A DNA stretch of 64,000 nucleotides from Octopus vulgaris (GCA_951406725.2 OX597821.1:57102001-57166000); one strand, 5' to 3'; shown: positions 49,032-63,883, counted from the first letter of the stretch. Made by a program: numbers and translations. The notes: generated by a model from the sequence alone, not told the origin.

Positions 49032-49409
49032 GGTGCTGGAGTGGCTGTGTGGTAAGAAGCTTGCTTCCCAACCATATGGTTCTGGGTTCAGTCCTACTGC
49101 GTGGCACCTTGGACAAGTGGCTTCTACTATAGCCTTGGGCCAAACAAAGCTTTGTGAGTGGATTTGTTAGACGGAAACTGAAAGAAGCCCATCATAAATG
49201 TGTGTGGGTGATTGTGTGTCTGTGTTTATCCGCCACTATTGCTTGACAACCGATATTGGTGTGTTTACGTCCCCATAACTTAGTGGCTTGACAAAAAGAG
49301 ACCAATAGAAAAAGTACTAGGCTTACAAAGAATAAGTCCTGGGATCGATTTATTCAGCTAAAAGTGGTGCTCCTGCATGGCCACAGTTAAATGACTGAAA
49401 CAAGTAAAA
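49032..49409 (+). mobile_element. SINE family A
   Basis: Full-length copy. Confidence 0.85.
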
Positions 49410-49491
49410 CAAAAAAATTTGTATATATATATTTTTTTGTGCTACTTGTTTATATATTCATGTTAATTGTTAACAAGGAAAAAATACACTC

Positions 49492-49531
<40 letters not shown>

Positions 49532-49811
49532 TTCTGTGTATGTATACGAATGTACATATACATTTATATATGTGCATATATATAGTAGTAAAAACTCTGA
49601 AAAGAGGTGAGCAGCAGAATGTTTTCAGAGGAGAACTACCTTCTTAGGCAAGTGTTTTGGCCATTAACTTCTTACATTTTAAGAAAGCCGGGCCACATCC
49701 AAGTCATGACTCCTGGGTGCCCTTCTTCTGAAACTTTTTAGCCATTTGGATATCGGAGACTTGTGTGTTTAAACTTTTATCTTGTTATAACTCCTCTCCA
49801 TTGACTTGGCA

Positions 49812-49844
<33 letters not shown>

Positions 49845-50035
49845 GATTCTCGAAATGAGTAGTAAGTAGATAGACAGCTGACAACTGATGAAGGGTCATT
49901 CTTTGTGTTACTTGTCCTGTTTTCCATTTGTTTCCCTTTGTTGTTTGCGTATTGAACTCATTTGTTTTCACATTTCATGTTATCTACTGTTGGTGACTTC
50001 CTGTACCCATATATGCATGTGTGTGTATTGACCTT

Positions 50036-50348
50036 CGTGCCGGTGGCACGTAAAAAGCACCATCCGATTGTGGCTGTTGCCAGTCTCGTCTGGCCCCCGT
50101 GCCGGTGGCACGTAACAAGCACCATCCAATCGTGGCTGTTTGCCAGCCTCGTCTGGCACTTGTGCAGGTGGCACGTAAAAAGCACCCACTACACTCACGG
50201 AGTGGTTGGCGTTAGGAAAGGCATCCAGCTGTAGAAACACTGCCAGATCAGACTGGAGCCTGGCGCAGCCTACTGGCTTCCCAGAACCCAGTTGAACCGT
50301 CCAACCCATGCTAGCATGGAAAATGGACGTTAAACGATGATGATGATG
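50036..50348 (+). mobile_element. RTE-tailed retroposon family C
   Basis: 3 GTGGCACGTAAAAAGCACC-type subrepeats, then GGAGTGGTTGGCGTTAGG...GGACGTTAAACGATGATGATG. Confidence 0.8.
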
Positions 50349-50353
50349 CATGC

Positions 50354-50395
<42 letters not shown>

Positions 50396-50703
50396 TATAT
50401 TATTGTGTGTATGTATGCTTAGTTATATATACACACATATGTACACACACAATTTGTATGCTTATTGTATATGTGTTAGTATTTATGTTTACTTGTCTTT
50501 TTTTTTCTTCTCTACATACACGTTTTGTGTATATCTCTGTACATGCACACACACCCTCTCTCTTTCTACCAATCTCTCTCCCACTCTCTCTTTCTCTCTC
50601 GAATGTGTCTCTGACTATATATTTTATAGCATGCAATATTTATGAGTCTGTCTTAGAATTTGAGTGTTTCTACCTATTTACTGTTAAAATATGTGCATAT
50701 TTA

Positions 50704-50719
50704 TGTATGCATGTATGTA

Positions 50720-50795
<76 letters not shown>

Positions 50796-50815
50796 TGTGT
50801 ATATATATATGTGTG

Positions 50816-50846
<31 letters not shown>

Positions 50847-50889
50847 ATATATGTGTGTGTATATATATATATGTGTGTATATATATATA

Positions 50890-50934
<45 letters not shown>

Positions 50935-51132
50935 ATATATATATATGTGTGTGTGTGTATATATATATATGTGTGTGTGTATATATATATATGTGTGTGT
51001 GTGTATATATATATGTGTGTGTGTGTATATATATATATGTGTGTGTGTGTATATATATATGTGTGTGTGTGTATATATATGTGTGTGTGTGTGTGTGTAT
51101 ATATATGTGTGTGTGTGTGTCTGTCTGTGTGT
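50704..51132. repeat. (TG)n(TA)n compound microsatellite
   Basis: Alternating TG and TA runs, about 430 bp. Confidence 0.95.
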
Positions 51133-54100
51133 ACGTATCTGCATGTTTTGCCTGGTGAACTGGAAAAAAAAGTATTTTTTTTCTATTTATTTAAATAGAA
51201 ACAATTCTTCTCTTCATATTTATTTATTTAATTATTTATTTATTTATCAAGAATACTGGAGATAAAATGAATCAAATCTCTCTGTTGCAACATAAACATA
51301 GTTATTGTTTTAGTGTAATAATAAAAGGAAAAAACAAAAAAAAAACAAAACAAAACCAAAAATGCTGCACGTAAAGAAGGAACAAAAAAAAAAAAAATTG
51401 AAAATTAATGTAAAAACCTCATTCCAATATTAAATCGTTGGAGAGAATCTTTTCCATGGCAGATGATGATTTTATTGTTTGGCTGCCAGACAGATTTCTT
51501 GGGTGCGAAGACAGGAATATTGAACACACAGAAGACATTAAAGATATTGGCTGGTGATAGATCTGTCTCTGTTTGAGTTTGTAGTGGCTAAAACGGTATT
51601 TAATTTACCCGCTGTTGCTATTCTTGATGTTTAGTAGCCGCAGGCTTGCTTTGACTGAGCAGACTTATGATCGGAACCATTCCATCTGTGACTGTCTTGT
51701 CTCGATCTATGTTTATGCATAGGTGTAGGCATGGCTGTGGGGTTAAGAAGCTTACTTCCCACCCACATGGTTTCAAGTTCTGTTTCATTATGTGGCACCT
51801 TGGGCAAATGTTTTCTACTATAGCCTAGGGCTGACCAAAGACTTGTAAGTGGATTTGATAGACGAAAACTGAAAGAAGCCCATTGTGTGTGTGTGTGTAT
51901 ATTTATGAGAGAAAGGGAGAGTTTAGTGCTTTGTTAAGCTAAGATCAACAAAAAAATAGTAATCCATCTAGTGAAAGATAAATATCATTTAATCTACACA
52001 GTATGAAGTTAGAAGCCACTAATAGTTTCTTGCCATGGAAACACGTGTCTAGGCAGGTTTTTATTGCACGTCATGTGTTGCCAAGCAGTTTTCGGGTTCT
52101 GAGCTCATGATCTGTTCTGTCTGAAAATCTGGACACTGGTACAAATAGAATAAATCACGTACTCAGAGCCTGGACATTGTTTGGGGACACAAGTCACATT
52201 ATAAAAACCTGCCTAGATATGTGTGTCCACAACAAGAAACTATTGGTAGCTTGCATCTGTATACTGTATACAATAAATGGTGTGTGGTGTGTGTTTATGT
52301 CTCCTTGTCTAGACATTGCGTGATAGTTGTAAATGATTGTCACTGTCATACAAGCAGTGTCCTTCAACTCCAGTATTCTGTGGAAACATGTCTGGCTATG
52401 GGGAAGTAGTTCCTTGCTCAGAAATAGCTGAGGTTTGGTGACAGGAAGGGCACCCAGTCATAGAATATCTGCCTCAATAAAATCCATCCAACCAATGCAA
52501 GCATGGTAAAGTGGATGTTAAAAGGATGATGATGATGTTCTTCCATTCCTTTTTTTTTTTTTAAAGACTGAATATAATTTGATGGAGATTTAGCTGTTGT
52601 TTTTGTAGGTCACTGACCACATACTAGCTCATTTGATTTCAAGGATGATTAAGCACAAATACAAACTGTAAAATATAATTCGAGGGAGATTTAGCTGTTG
52701 CTTTTGTTGGTCACTGACTACATAAAGCCTACTTTCATTTGATTTTAGTGATGGTTGGGCATGAGTAGAAGTTTTATATTGTATTTTTTTTTAATCTGAG
52801 CAAAAATAAGGGTTTAAAAAAACCTTATTTATTGTCAGGTGATTTACATTTTTTTCAATTTTATTCAGGTGGTTTGTTTTTTATTTTTTTTTATCCAAAC
52901 AGGTGAACTAAAAGTTCATTGACCTAAATGGATGAACCCTTTGACCTGCATTTTTGTGTTATAAAGGTCTGTTTTTATACTTGATTTAACAATAATACAG
53001 TGTGGCCAGGTATATAAAACACACACACACGAGCACACGTTTTGATTTTAGTCTTGAGAATGAGTGAGAAAAATTCATTTAGTGATGTTTCTCATCTCTT
53101 TGACAACAAAAGTTATTGATGTTTGATTTGAATTTGTTTTTTTTATATATTCCTTGCACCCATAGAAATGAAATTTAGTACCCTCTGGGGTTGCTAATAT
53201 TCCTGGTTGGTGAAATTGCTTTGGGAGTCAGTCTCTGTAGATGTTACTGCATAAAGAAATCCACACTTATAGCAAACTGGGTTTACTGTGGCAAGGCCAG
53301 ATCTTCATATTACAGCCTACTTTTGTAAATAACTGATACTTCTATCCAATTGCCATGCAGTGTCAAGATAAGGAGAGACAGACAGATACACACATGCACA
53401 CACACACACAGGTTTGGTGATGTATGAGCATGTGTGTGTGTATGTGTGTATTCATTCATTCATTGTTTTGTTAATCAGCTGAAGTCACAGAGTGACTTGA
53501 GCTGGGAGTTTCATGCATTGTTACTTATCATTGCATGAAACACTCGCCCCTGTACTCACTCTGCAGCTTCTACTGATTAAAATATATATCTATGTTTGTC
53601 TGTCTGTCTGTCTGTGTATGTATGTATGTGTGTTTGTGTGTGTCCGCCCCAACATCGCTTGACAACCAATTGTGGTGTGTTTACGCCCCCCATAACTTAG
53701 CAGTTTGGCAAAAGAGACTGACAGAATAAGTACTAGGCTTACAAAGAATAAGTCCTGGGGTCGATCTGTTCGACTAAAGGCAGTGCTCCAGCATGGCTGC
53801 AGTCAAAATGACTGAAACAAGTAAAAGAATATTCTGTACTTGTGGCAACGTAAAAAGCACCCACTACAGTCTTGGAGTAGTTGGCTTTAGGAAGACATCC
53901 ATCCAGCTGTAGAAACCTTGCCAGATCAGACTGGAGCCTGGTATAGCTTTCTGGCTTGACAACCTTGGTCAAACTGTCCAATGCATGCCAGCATGGAAAG
54001 CAGATGTTAAACAATGATGATGATGATATATATATATAAATTTAAAATGAGGGTGTAAAATTGGATATTAATTTGATTAACATCAATTTAAAACCAGTGG

Positions 54101-54145
54101 TCTAGCATATTAAAATCTGAAGGTTCAGAAAATTATATTAAATGC

Positions 54146-54223
54146 ATATGAGAGGGATGACTACTATGTGGACAACCCTTTTCTAGCATAAGGATTGTCC
54201 ACATAGTGTCATCCTGCTCATAT
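54146..54223. repeat. 78-nt hairpin
   Basis: ATATGAG-A-GGGATGAC-T-ACTATGTGGACAA-C-CCTT / AAGG-A-TTGTCCACATAGT-GTCATCCT-G-CTCATAT. Confidence 0.8.
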
Positions 54224-54867
54224 ATATATAAAGGGTGCTTCTTTCAGTTTCCTTCTTCCAGATCCCCTCAAAAGGTTTGATTCAATCTGGGGCTATAGTA
54301 GAAGACGCTTGGCCAAGGAGCAACATGGTGAGATTGAACCTGAAACCATACAGTTAGGAAGCAAGCTTCTTAGCCACACAACTATGACTACACTTTATCT
54401 AGTTTATTCCATAAAAGAAGGAAGGATAAGTGTGAAAACGATAATGAATAATATCATAGCTAGAATTTCTATGACCACAGGTATATTTCATCAACATGAG
54501 CAGGTGCTAAAAAACATTGCATCCATTGTGCTAGTTTGTTAATTGCTCTCCTCTTTACAACAGTAGCAAGACTAAATATTGTAGAATACGTAGTTTTAAT
54601 TAAATAGCTTGCTAGGTTATTACCAATGTTCTAGTAAATAAAAGACTAGTTTGCTACTTGGCAAACATTTTGAAACCCTGGAGATATTTAAATATTTTGT
54701 TTACAAACAGAATGTCTTGAGAATGATGTATAATTGCTGTATTCAGGTAATTATATTTAATAAGGCTGGAATGGTGATACATTTAAGACATCATCATCAT
54801 TGTTTTTTAATGTTCAGTTTTTCCATGCTTGTATGGATCAGACATTTGTTGAGGCAGATCACAACTA

Positions 54868-55217
54868 CGAAAATCAGATGGAAATTGTAGTTGTGATACC
54901 TGTGCCAGTGGCACGTAAAAAATGCCATCCGAATGTGGCTGATGCCAGCTCTGCCTTAACTGGCATCCGTGCTGGTGGCACGTAAAAAGCACCAATCAAT
55001 CATGGACATTGCCAGCCAACTCTGGCCCCTGTGCCAGTGGCACATAAAAAGCACCCACTACACTCATGGAGTGGTTGGCATTAGGAAGGGCATCCAGTTG
55101 TAGAAACACTGCCAGATCAGACTGGAGTCTGGTGCAACCTCCTGACTTCCCAGACCCCAGTCAAACTGTCCAATCCATGCTAGCATAGAAAATGGGCGTT
55201 AAACAATGATGATGATG
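54868..55217 (+). mobile_element. RTE-tailed retroposon family C
   Basis: 3 subrepeats, conserved tail and (GAT)n. Confidence 0.8.
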
Positions 55218-58200
55218 GGTGCCCTTCCTGTTACCAACCCTCATTGCATCCATACAAGGTAATATTCCCCCATGGAAGCCTGGAAATGAACATCACTTTT
55301 ATGATTATACCCATTCACAACCACCATGTAATGTCTAGATAGGGCTACCCCCTGCATGTACATGTATGTGGCAGGCTTCTTTCAGTTTCTGACTGCCAGG
55401 TTCACTCACAAGGTTTTGGTGGCCTGGGACTATAATTGAAGAAACTTGCCAAAATCTCATAGTTGGGAAGTAAACTACTAAACCACGTAGCCATGTATGT
55501 GTCTAAAAAGATTCTGAAAATTTTAAAAGATGATTAACTTGATGTTTTTGGAGTTAGCAGAAATGACTTTGTTAGAATGTCAATTGACAGAGCAACACTG
55601 CCTTCCTTTGTAATTCCTTAAATGGAATTGGGTGTGGTGAATACAGTTGAGAGGACTGAAGCCAGGCACTTTGTTCTTCAACAGAACCATCATCAAATTC
55701 TTCAAGAAACACTTGAAGTAACTGGTGAGAGAAGTGCTTCCTTTCAGTAAAGAGTGGCAAGCATATCTTAAGTGAATGGGTCTGCTCTGAATATGAGCCT
55801 GAAGGTTGTGTGTAGAATTTAGAGAAAGGACCTTTGTCTTTGGTAGACAAAAGCAATCTGGGATTTATATGGAGTTCCTTGCTTCACTATTTGGTAGTCC
55901 TCCTTTTAAGATGCATATACAATTTATATATCTTATAATTTTTATTTCACAATTCATTGTTTACATACATTTCATATGATACTTGATGTATAAAAAGAAC
56001 CCAACTGTTTTTGTAAATTGCTCTTGTAAATGTTTCCCTTTCAATCTTTCACTCTTTGTCATGATAAAAAGCATCATTCTTATTTTTTCAATAAGATTCT
56101 CTCTTTCTTTCTCTCTCCTCTCCCTCACTTCCCCCCTCTCTCAACTGTTACTGAAAAATAAATAAACAATTAATTGTCCTATTTTTTGAGGTTTGTTCAC
56201 TAGATGCCATATGTATTGCTTCCATCTCAACAAAATGTAGAAGTGTATGTCTCGGTCGTCTACACAGGTTGAAATGTGGTGCAGTCATCTTGTGCCTTAC
56301 TCTTTACTCTTTTACTCGTTTCAGTCAGTTGACTGCGGCCATGCTGGAGCACCGCCTTTAGTCGAGCAACTCGACCCCGCGACTTATTCTTTGTAAGCCC
56401 AGTACTTATTCTATCGGTCTCTTTTTGCCGAACCGCTAAGTGAATTGTGCCAATTCTATAACAGAATAACTATTCAGTAATGTTTGTATCCACTTCAACA
56501 TGGCTGTCCGTTTGAACAGACTTGACTGCAATTTTTTTACCCTCAAGAGGACATCTCCTTTAGTTGGTTAACAATGCACAGCTGCATCCAAGATATTGTG
56601 AGCAGGGGAGCGAACCTCTACCTCCTTCTAGTGACAGGATCAGTAGACCAGCCTGGTTTCTGGCTTTTCCTGCCTCTCTTCAAAATCAGCAACTGTGTGT
56701 TGCTTAAAATAACTATTCTTTTACTCTTTTACATGTTTCAGTCATTTGACTGCAGTCATGCTGGAGCACCGCCTTAACTATATCGAGTTTCTTAATTTTA
56801 CAGCAACTTCTTTTATCTTTCACTTGTCTATCATTGAACTGTGGCAATGCTGGGGCACTGACTTGAAGGGTTTTAGTCAATCAAATTTTAAAGTTTGGTA
56901 CTTATTCTAGCATTCTCTTTTACCAAACCTCCAAGTTATGGAAATGTAAACAAACTAGTACTGGTTGCCATTTGGTGGTGGTGGAGTCACAAACACGGAC
57001 TTATGTTTAAGGTGCCGCACATTGAAAGTTAGTCTTATACCTCAATTTTAATTGATTTGATTGTAGCCATTCAGGCATCTTATATAAATGGGTGTGTGAC
57101 TATCATTTAACATTGCAAACGATTGCTACGCACCTTTTTATAGAATACCAAACAAACAAGCAAAAAATTTTTTTCCATTCATTTGTTTTCTCTAACTCCA
57201 GATGTCAAGCAGCTTGCATTATCCAACTGTTGAGAAATGCCGATCCAGTCGAACTTTGAACTTTGTCTTATATAATATTGTAATACTTTTGCTACTGAAA
57301 AATGTAGCAAGAAAACAAGCACTTCTCATTAAAATGGGGCATATGTTTGTAGGTGGCTGCACAATATTAGCAAGAGAAAAAATCATTTGTAGTGTAGCAT
57401 ATTGAAAAAAATGTCTTTTAATCTTTTACGTATAATTAACTGATATTTTTATTATTGTGCGACGAAGTGCATATCTTAAATCTTTGACATTATTAGTCAC
57501 CACTTTCCTAGTGAAGGAGTTTATTATATCATCTTAAAAAAATAATTGATGGAAAAAAAATTCTTTTATAAAACTATCAACAATTAGAAATTCAGTTTCA
57601 GTTATAGATTAAGGTAAAAGGAAGAAAAAATCGATGCTTATTGAACCTGTGTAGTTAGATTGCATTATATGTGTATGCCTACACCAGACATCTGTCTTCA
57701 ACATTTAACATCTGCTCTCCATGATAACATGTGTTGGACAGTTTGATAGGGGTCGGCAAGCCAGAGAACTCTGCCTTGCTCCACTGTCTGTTAAGGTATG
57801 GTTTCTACAGCCAGGTGCCCTTCCTAAAACCGATCACTTTACAGAGTGTACTGGGTGCCTTTTATGTGGCTCCAGCAACAGTGAAGTCATCGAGTAGCTT
57901 TAAAAACAAGACTCACTTCAAGTGGGTGGGTAATGGTAGTAGTATTGAGTGGGGTGGCTTTGTGCCAGGTGATGAGAAGTTAAACTATGATGGAGGGACA
58001 GAAACAGGTATCTTGCTGTGGAAGAGAGGCATGATATTTTCTGTTTCTAGAAATAAATCTTTCAAAGTCTATTTACTTTTAAGATATCTGTGTATATATA
58101 GATAGATATGTTTGGAATGGCATCCAGCCTCAGAAACTGTGCCAAATCAGACTGGGAGCTGGTGCAGCTCCTTGGGTTACTAGTTCCAGTCAAACTGTCT

Positions 58201-60073
58201 AAACCATGCCAGCGTGGAAAGTGGAAGTTAAATGATGATGATGATGATGATATCTCTCTCTTTCTCTCCCCACCTATCTCTCTCCCTCCTTCCTTGAAAT
58301 GGGAAGGAAGAGCCATTTTCATCGTACTTGTGGCTTTGGTGAAAGAGTGTGTATGGTGAATGCATCTGGAAGGTCTAGAGACAAACACTTTCCTCTCTGG
58401 TGAATCTCTCATCAACTTTTTCAAGTATCACTTGAAAAGGAAAGTGAGAGTAAAGAGGCAAGTTTTGTCTAGTGAATGTTTCAAAAAAAGATGGGTGAAT
58501 GTAGCAAGGATGGCACATGTGAATGACGCAGCCACCTTCAGCATAATCCTATGAACCAAAAAAAAAAAAGAAAGGAAAAAAGTGAGTCACTTACTGTAAT
58601 GTGTTTTTTTGCATGACATTATTGCCCAAGGTTACCATGGTCTTTTCCGTAGGCTTTTCTTTCCATGGATAAACCTAATCTGTTCCCTTTTTTACATTAT
58701 GACATTTCTGTGTTATATGATTCTTATTGATTGGCGTTTTTTTTCATGATCCCTTTTGATCAAAATACGCCCCCCCTTTTTTTTTTCATTCTTCCTAAAA
58801 AGAAAAGCTCTACTTTGTATTTTGTTCCCTCTGTGTTCAGCCCTGTGTGGCTAATAAAGAAACACATCTGTCTGTCTATCTTGTTTCAGTCATTAGACTG
58901 TGGCCATGCTGGGACACCACATTGAAGGGTTTTAACCGAACAATCAATCTCAGTTCTTATTTCTGGTTTTAAGCCTGGTCAATTTTGTCTCCCACCACTG
59001 TCAAACAGTGGTGCGGGACAAACATAAACATAAAGACACACACACACACAACAGGCTTCTTTCAGTTTCCGTCAACCAAATTCACTCACAAGGTATGGCT
59101 TATCCCAGAGCTATAGTAGAAGACACTTGCCCAAAGTGCCATGCTCCAGGTCTTCTAAGTGGCTGATGGCTGAACCTGGAACCATGAAGTTAAGAAGCAA
59201 ACTTCTTAACCACACATTATAAACTAGGAGAAAACTAGTTGGTGCAGAGCTGTGTTCCACCTCATAAGTTAATATTAGGATCATCTGTCAGATCTATTTT
59301 ACTGAGGCAGAGTTAAATTGCTGCTAAGTGTACATCTGAGATTCCTTAAAATTACTACATTGTATTATTGGAATTCTTCAAATAAAAGAAAGAAAACATC
59401 TACTTATTTAACATCTTGTCACAGCCACTTTATAAGAGATTTTATTGCAGCAATCAGAATCGTTTTCTGTTCGGTAATTCCTGTTCTGCAATCTGTGAAA
59501 GGTTGCCATGCCACGGTTGTAAATTCTGTTGACTTTTCCTAAACAATCTTTCGAAGAATATTCAACTTTAGTTTTCTCTGAAGCTAGGAAACATATCATT
59601 GTCTCCTTCCATTTTTGTTACTGGCATGAGGTTTTATAACTGGTTTTCTAGTTAGCATTCCATTATGGATGGACTGTTGTTGTCGGTAGTATTGATTTCT
59701 GTGGCAGCTCTTGCAACAATTATTCAGACATCGCATTGTATTGTTACACAGGCAACACTCAAAGACTTGAACATAACAGAGAGTAATCTAATAAGTCTTC
59801 TTTTCTTCAAATCCTCTTTAAGAGGTCAAAGTTCAAATGTAGCTTTGATATTTTTTTTTTTTTTGAATAGTTCTATTCAACTAATGCAATTTTCTTGTAT
59901 TAGGATTTCCCATGTTGTTGTTGTTGGCTTCGCTTCATGGTTGCCTGATTACTAATAGACTTCTTCCTGGCAGTGTTTTATAGTTTGATTCTAGATCCGC
60001 AAATCCATGTTGCATTGCCAATTTAAACATTGTTTCTGTTAAATAAATAAATACACATACACATGAATGAATA

Positions 60074-60123
<50 letters not shown>

Positions 60124-60197
60124 TGTATATATGAGTATACATATATCTATGTGTGTATGTTTGTATGTGTATGCGTGTTTGCATATATTTATATATT

Positions 60198-60228
<31 letters not shown>

Positions 60229-60288
60229 GTGGTGTGTGTGCAGATATTTATGTGTGTGTATGTGTGCATATATTTATGTATGTGTGTT

Positions 60289-60359
<71 letters not shown>

Positions 60360-60832
60360 AATAAATCTTTTATTCAGTGGAACTTAAATGGTTTTCTGTT
60401 ACTCTTAAGAGAAAAAAAAACAAAAAAACAACAGCAACAAAGGAATGAGAAATAGGTTTGTGTGTGTGTGTGAGTATATTTATTTATTTATTGATATTTT
60501 TGCTAACAGACAACAGGAACTCCCTCCTATGTGTCATCTATGTTGAAATCTGACCTTTGGATGAGCCTCGATATGAAATATATATTTACAAGTATGAAAC
60601 TCATGTGCTTGTTTCTATGCAGATTTTTTTTACATAAAAACTTCTAAATTCTGCAAGGAATTTACTTGTTGATAATGGATAGAAATCAGAATAGATGAGA
60701 AGAATATATTAGGATATGTTAGAAGGCAAAGTAAAAAGGTTTACCCAGTCAATACTTGAAATTATTAATAACAAATATGTGATAAATACTTAAAAACTCA
60801 TTCCTCCTTATTCACACTTGCACTGCAAACCA

Positions 60833-60863
<31 letters not shown>

Positions 60864-62178
60864 GTATATAGGAGATGTGAATTCATATTATTTCATAAGT
60901 TGCTAGGCAGCATTGAAGCAGCAGTAAGTACTTTTATGATGGATTATCAAAGAGATAATATTCTAAACTTCTGAACAATTACCCATTAATAGAATCCATA
61001 AATCTCTCTTCCACCACCAACTGGTTCCTGTTTACATGACTAACATCTAAGGACATTTTATTTCAACCTCTATTTAGAATAAATTTATTGATAAACATTA
61101 TTATTAAACCTTGTTGTTGTTTAGCCTCAGTTTAGCCTTGATTAAGTAGACTTATGATGAAAGGCATTGAACTGGACAAGTTTATCCTGGACTACATCAT
61201 CCAATATGCCCTCGCTCTTGAAGAGGACATACTGGATGATATAGTCTCTTGAAGATTATAGTGTGTGTTTTTAAAGAAGGTTTGGTTGCTATATTTCAAG
61301 TTGAGTGACCTCATACATGTTTCCTCACTAGCTCGAGTGTTTTCTGGTTGTTATTACACTTCAGATATAACAAATAAATTTAGGCACTTCAGCCATAGCC
61401 ATCTCATGTTTGTCCTAGGCATGGGGCACCCTGAACCATGTAAGCTAATTTGTTCCTCATTCCACAGTCTTTTTATTTTTAAAGTTGATAGGATGTGTAG
61501 TTGGAGAGCGATTTAGTTGTTATGTCTAGCAAGTCAGTCGACAACATAGAAACTCCATCATTGGTTCATACATCTTGCAAGAGAAAGTAGTATTATCGTG
61601 TTGATTGTTATTTAAAGATATCGGAATGAAATAAAATATTTTAACTCAAGAAAATGGCCATCAAATTTGCTTTCTATACTGTACTGGAGAAACATCTGTA
61701 GAATTGATTTGCTTCTGGCTGATCTGAAATGGCAAATGAAGAGATACTCAGAAAAATTTGCAACACATAGATCTAAGCATGTGTTTTGTCAACTGTAGCC
61801 CATAGACAATTGGCAGAATGAAATGTTGATTGTAAGTAAATTAGCATTCCATTGCTGCAGCATGGGGGTTGTGTAGTTAGTATATATTTCTCTGATATTG
61901 GAATGTCAGCTGAAGGGCACCCAGGAGTCAAGACCTAGATGTAGCACAGCCCCCTTAGAGGGTAAGAAGTTGAGGGCTGAAGGACTTGCCTGAGTAGGGT
62001 TTCTTCTCTGAAGACCGTTTCCTATTCAGCTCTCTTCAGAGCTTCTTACTACTTTGTACAATTGATACTGTCATCAAATGCAAAAATAAATAACATATGA
62101 CAGATGATGTAATGAAGGAATGTAACCCACAACAGACAATATACGAAATAATACATATATTTGTTTAATCCCTCATTG

Positions 62179-62250
62179 AGCAGAGTGGCACAGTTGAAAC
62201 CTCCTAGGGCCCATAACCCAGCGGTCCATGGAGTAAGACTATGCTTTGCA
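62179..62250 (+). pseudogene. Initiator tRNA-Met (CAT) pseudogene
   Basis: AGCAGAGTGGCACAG...GGGCCCATAACCCAG..GGTC matches eukaryotic tRNA-iMet, including the A1 start and the GGG/CCC anticodon stem. The B box is destroyed (GGAGTAAGAC instead of GGATCGAAAC). Confidence 0.85.
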
Positions 62251-62596
62251 AAGAAAACAATGCTCTTTTCAATACTTATTCATCATAACTGAGCTGTCAA
62301 CAATATACCAACCATATACATAGTCAGGTTGTCAGTGACTAAACTGACAACCCCACCCAGCTTGCTTGGTGAAAAGGAGGATTGTTAGATACCCTGCTGG
62401 ATGAAAAATAAAGCCTGTCAAAATGGCAAAGGAACTCATGAGTAGTCATTGGGCATCCAACTATATGTGTATATGTATACACTGATTTATCTTTGTTTTC
62501 TTAATCAATTTAATGTATTTAATTCCATATATTAACTGATAAGGCTCCTTAACCATGATGAAGGCATCCTATCTAGGAGAGAGATGCTCTGATAGA

Positions 62597-62930
62597 TATA
62601 TGTATGTATGAAGATGTATATATGTATGTATGTGTATATATGTGTGTAAATGTATATATCTATATATGTGTATGTATGTATGTATATATGTGTCTATGTA
62701 TATGTATATATGTTTATATGTATGTATGTTTATGTATATATATGTATATGCACATATTTATGTATATGTTTATATATATGATTATGTATATGCATATATT
62801 TATGTGTATGTATATATATATGTATATATATATGTTAATATATATATACATGTATGTATATGTATGTGTATGTATGTATATTTATATGTATATATATATG
62901 TTTATATATATATATATATGTATATATATT
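62597..62930. repeat. (TA/TATG)n low-complexity tract
   Basis: Direct inspection. Confidence 0.9.
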
Positions 62931-63101
62931 ATAAGAAATGAGGTACTCAGAAATCCGGATGGTTTTATATTTACAGATATTAGTATGTTACATGTTTTTA
63001 TACATCATATATCATATATTAACACTTTTGTCCATTCTAGTGGAGTCTTCAAATTGATCCAAGTTTTTGCAGGAATTTTGTGTATATATATATGTATTGA
63101 T

Positions 63102-63132
<31 letters not shown>

Positions 63133-63311
63133 CGTATGAATATGTATGTATATATGAATATGTATGTATATATATGAATATGTATGTACATTTGTATATA
63201 TATATATATAAATTTAAAATGAGGGTGAAAATTGGATATTAATTTGATTAACATCAATTTAAAACCAGTGGTCTAGCATATTAAAATCTGAAGGTTCAGT
63301 AAATTGTATCA

Positions 63312-63883
63312 CATACATATGTATGTATATATATATATACATATGTATGTATATATATATGTATATATGTATGTATGAATATATATGTATATTTGTATGT
63401 ATGAATATATATGTATATTTGTATGTATGAATATATATGTATATTTGTATGTATGAATATATATGTATGTTTGTATGTATGAATATATGTATGTATGTAT
63501 GTATATATGTATGTATGAATATGTATGTATGTATATATGTATGTATGTATATATGTATATATGTATGTATATGTATATGTGTATGTATGTATGTATATAT
63601 ATATATATATATGTATGCATGTATATATGTATGTATGTATATATGTATGTATGTATATATGTATGTATGTATGTATATATGTATGTATGTATGTATATAT
63701 GTATGTATGTATATATGTATATATATATATGTATGTATGTATGTATATATGTATATATATATATGTATGTATATATGTATATATATATATATATATATGT
63801 ATGTATATATGTATATATATATGTATGTATGTATATATGTATATATATATATATGTATGTATGTATATATGTATGTATATATG
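63312..63883. repeat. (TATG)n/(TA)n microsatellite with higher-order repeats
   Basis: Direct inspection; followed by a partial SINE A at 63888-64000. Confidence 0.9.

Noticed and set aside
55572-55856. 94-aa minus-strand ORF with normal composition
   Set aside because: No motif I can identify; possibly decayed retroelement sequence.
57202-57405. Acceptor-like site followed by a 67-aa ORF
   Set aside because: Stop codon in the required phase and no recognisable similarity.
62000-62045. Minus-strand CTGAAGA...GAAACGGTC
   Set aside because: Core-like boxes are present but stems I and II do not form.
62553-62595. CATGATGA followed by a GGCATC/GATGCT stem
   Set aside because: No GAAA box and no stem I.
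63018-63057. Minus-strand TTGAAGA-ctcca..tggac-AAAA hammerhead-like trace
   Set aside because: Both core boxes are mutated and stem I does not pair; it may be a relic but cannot be supported.
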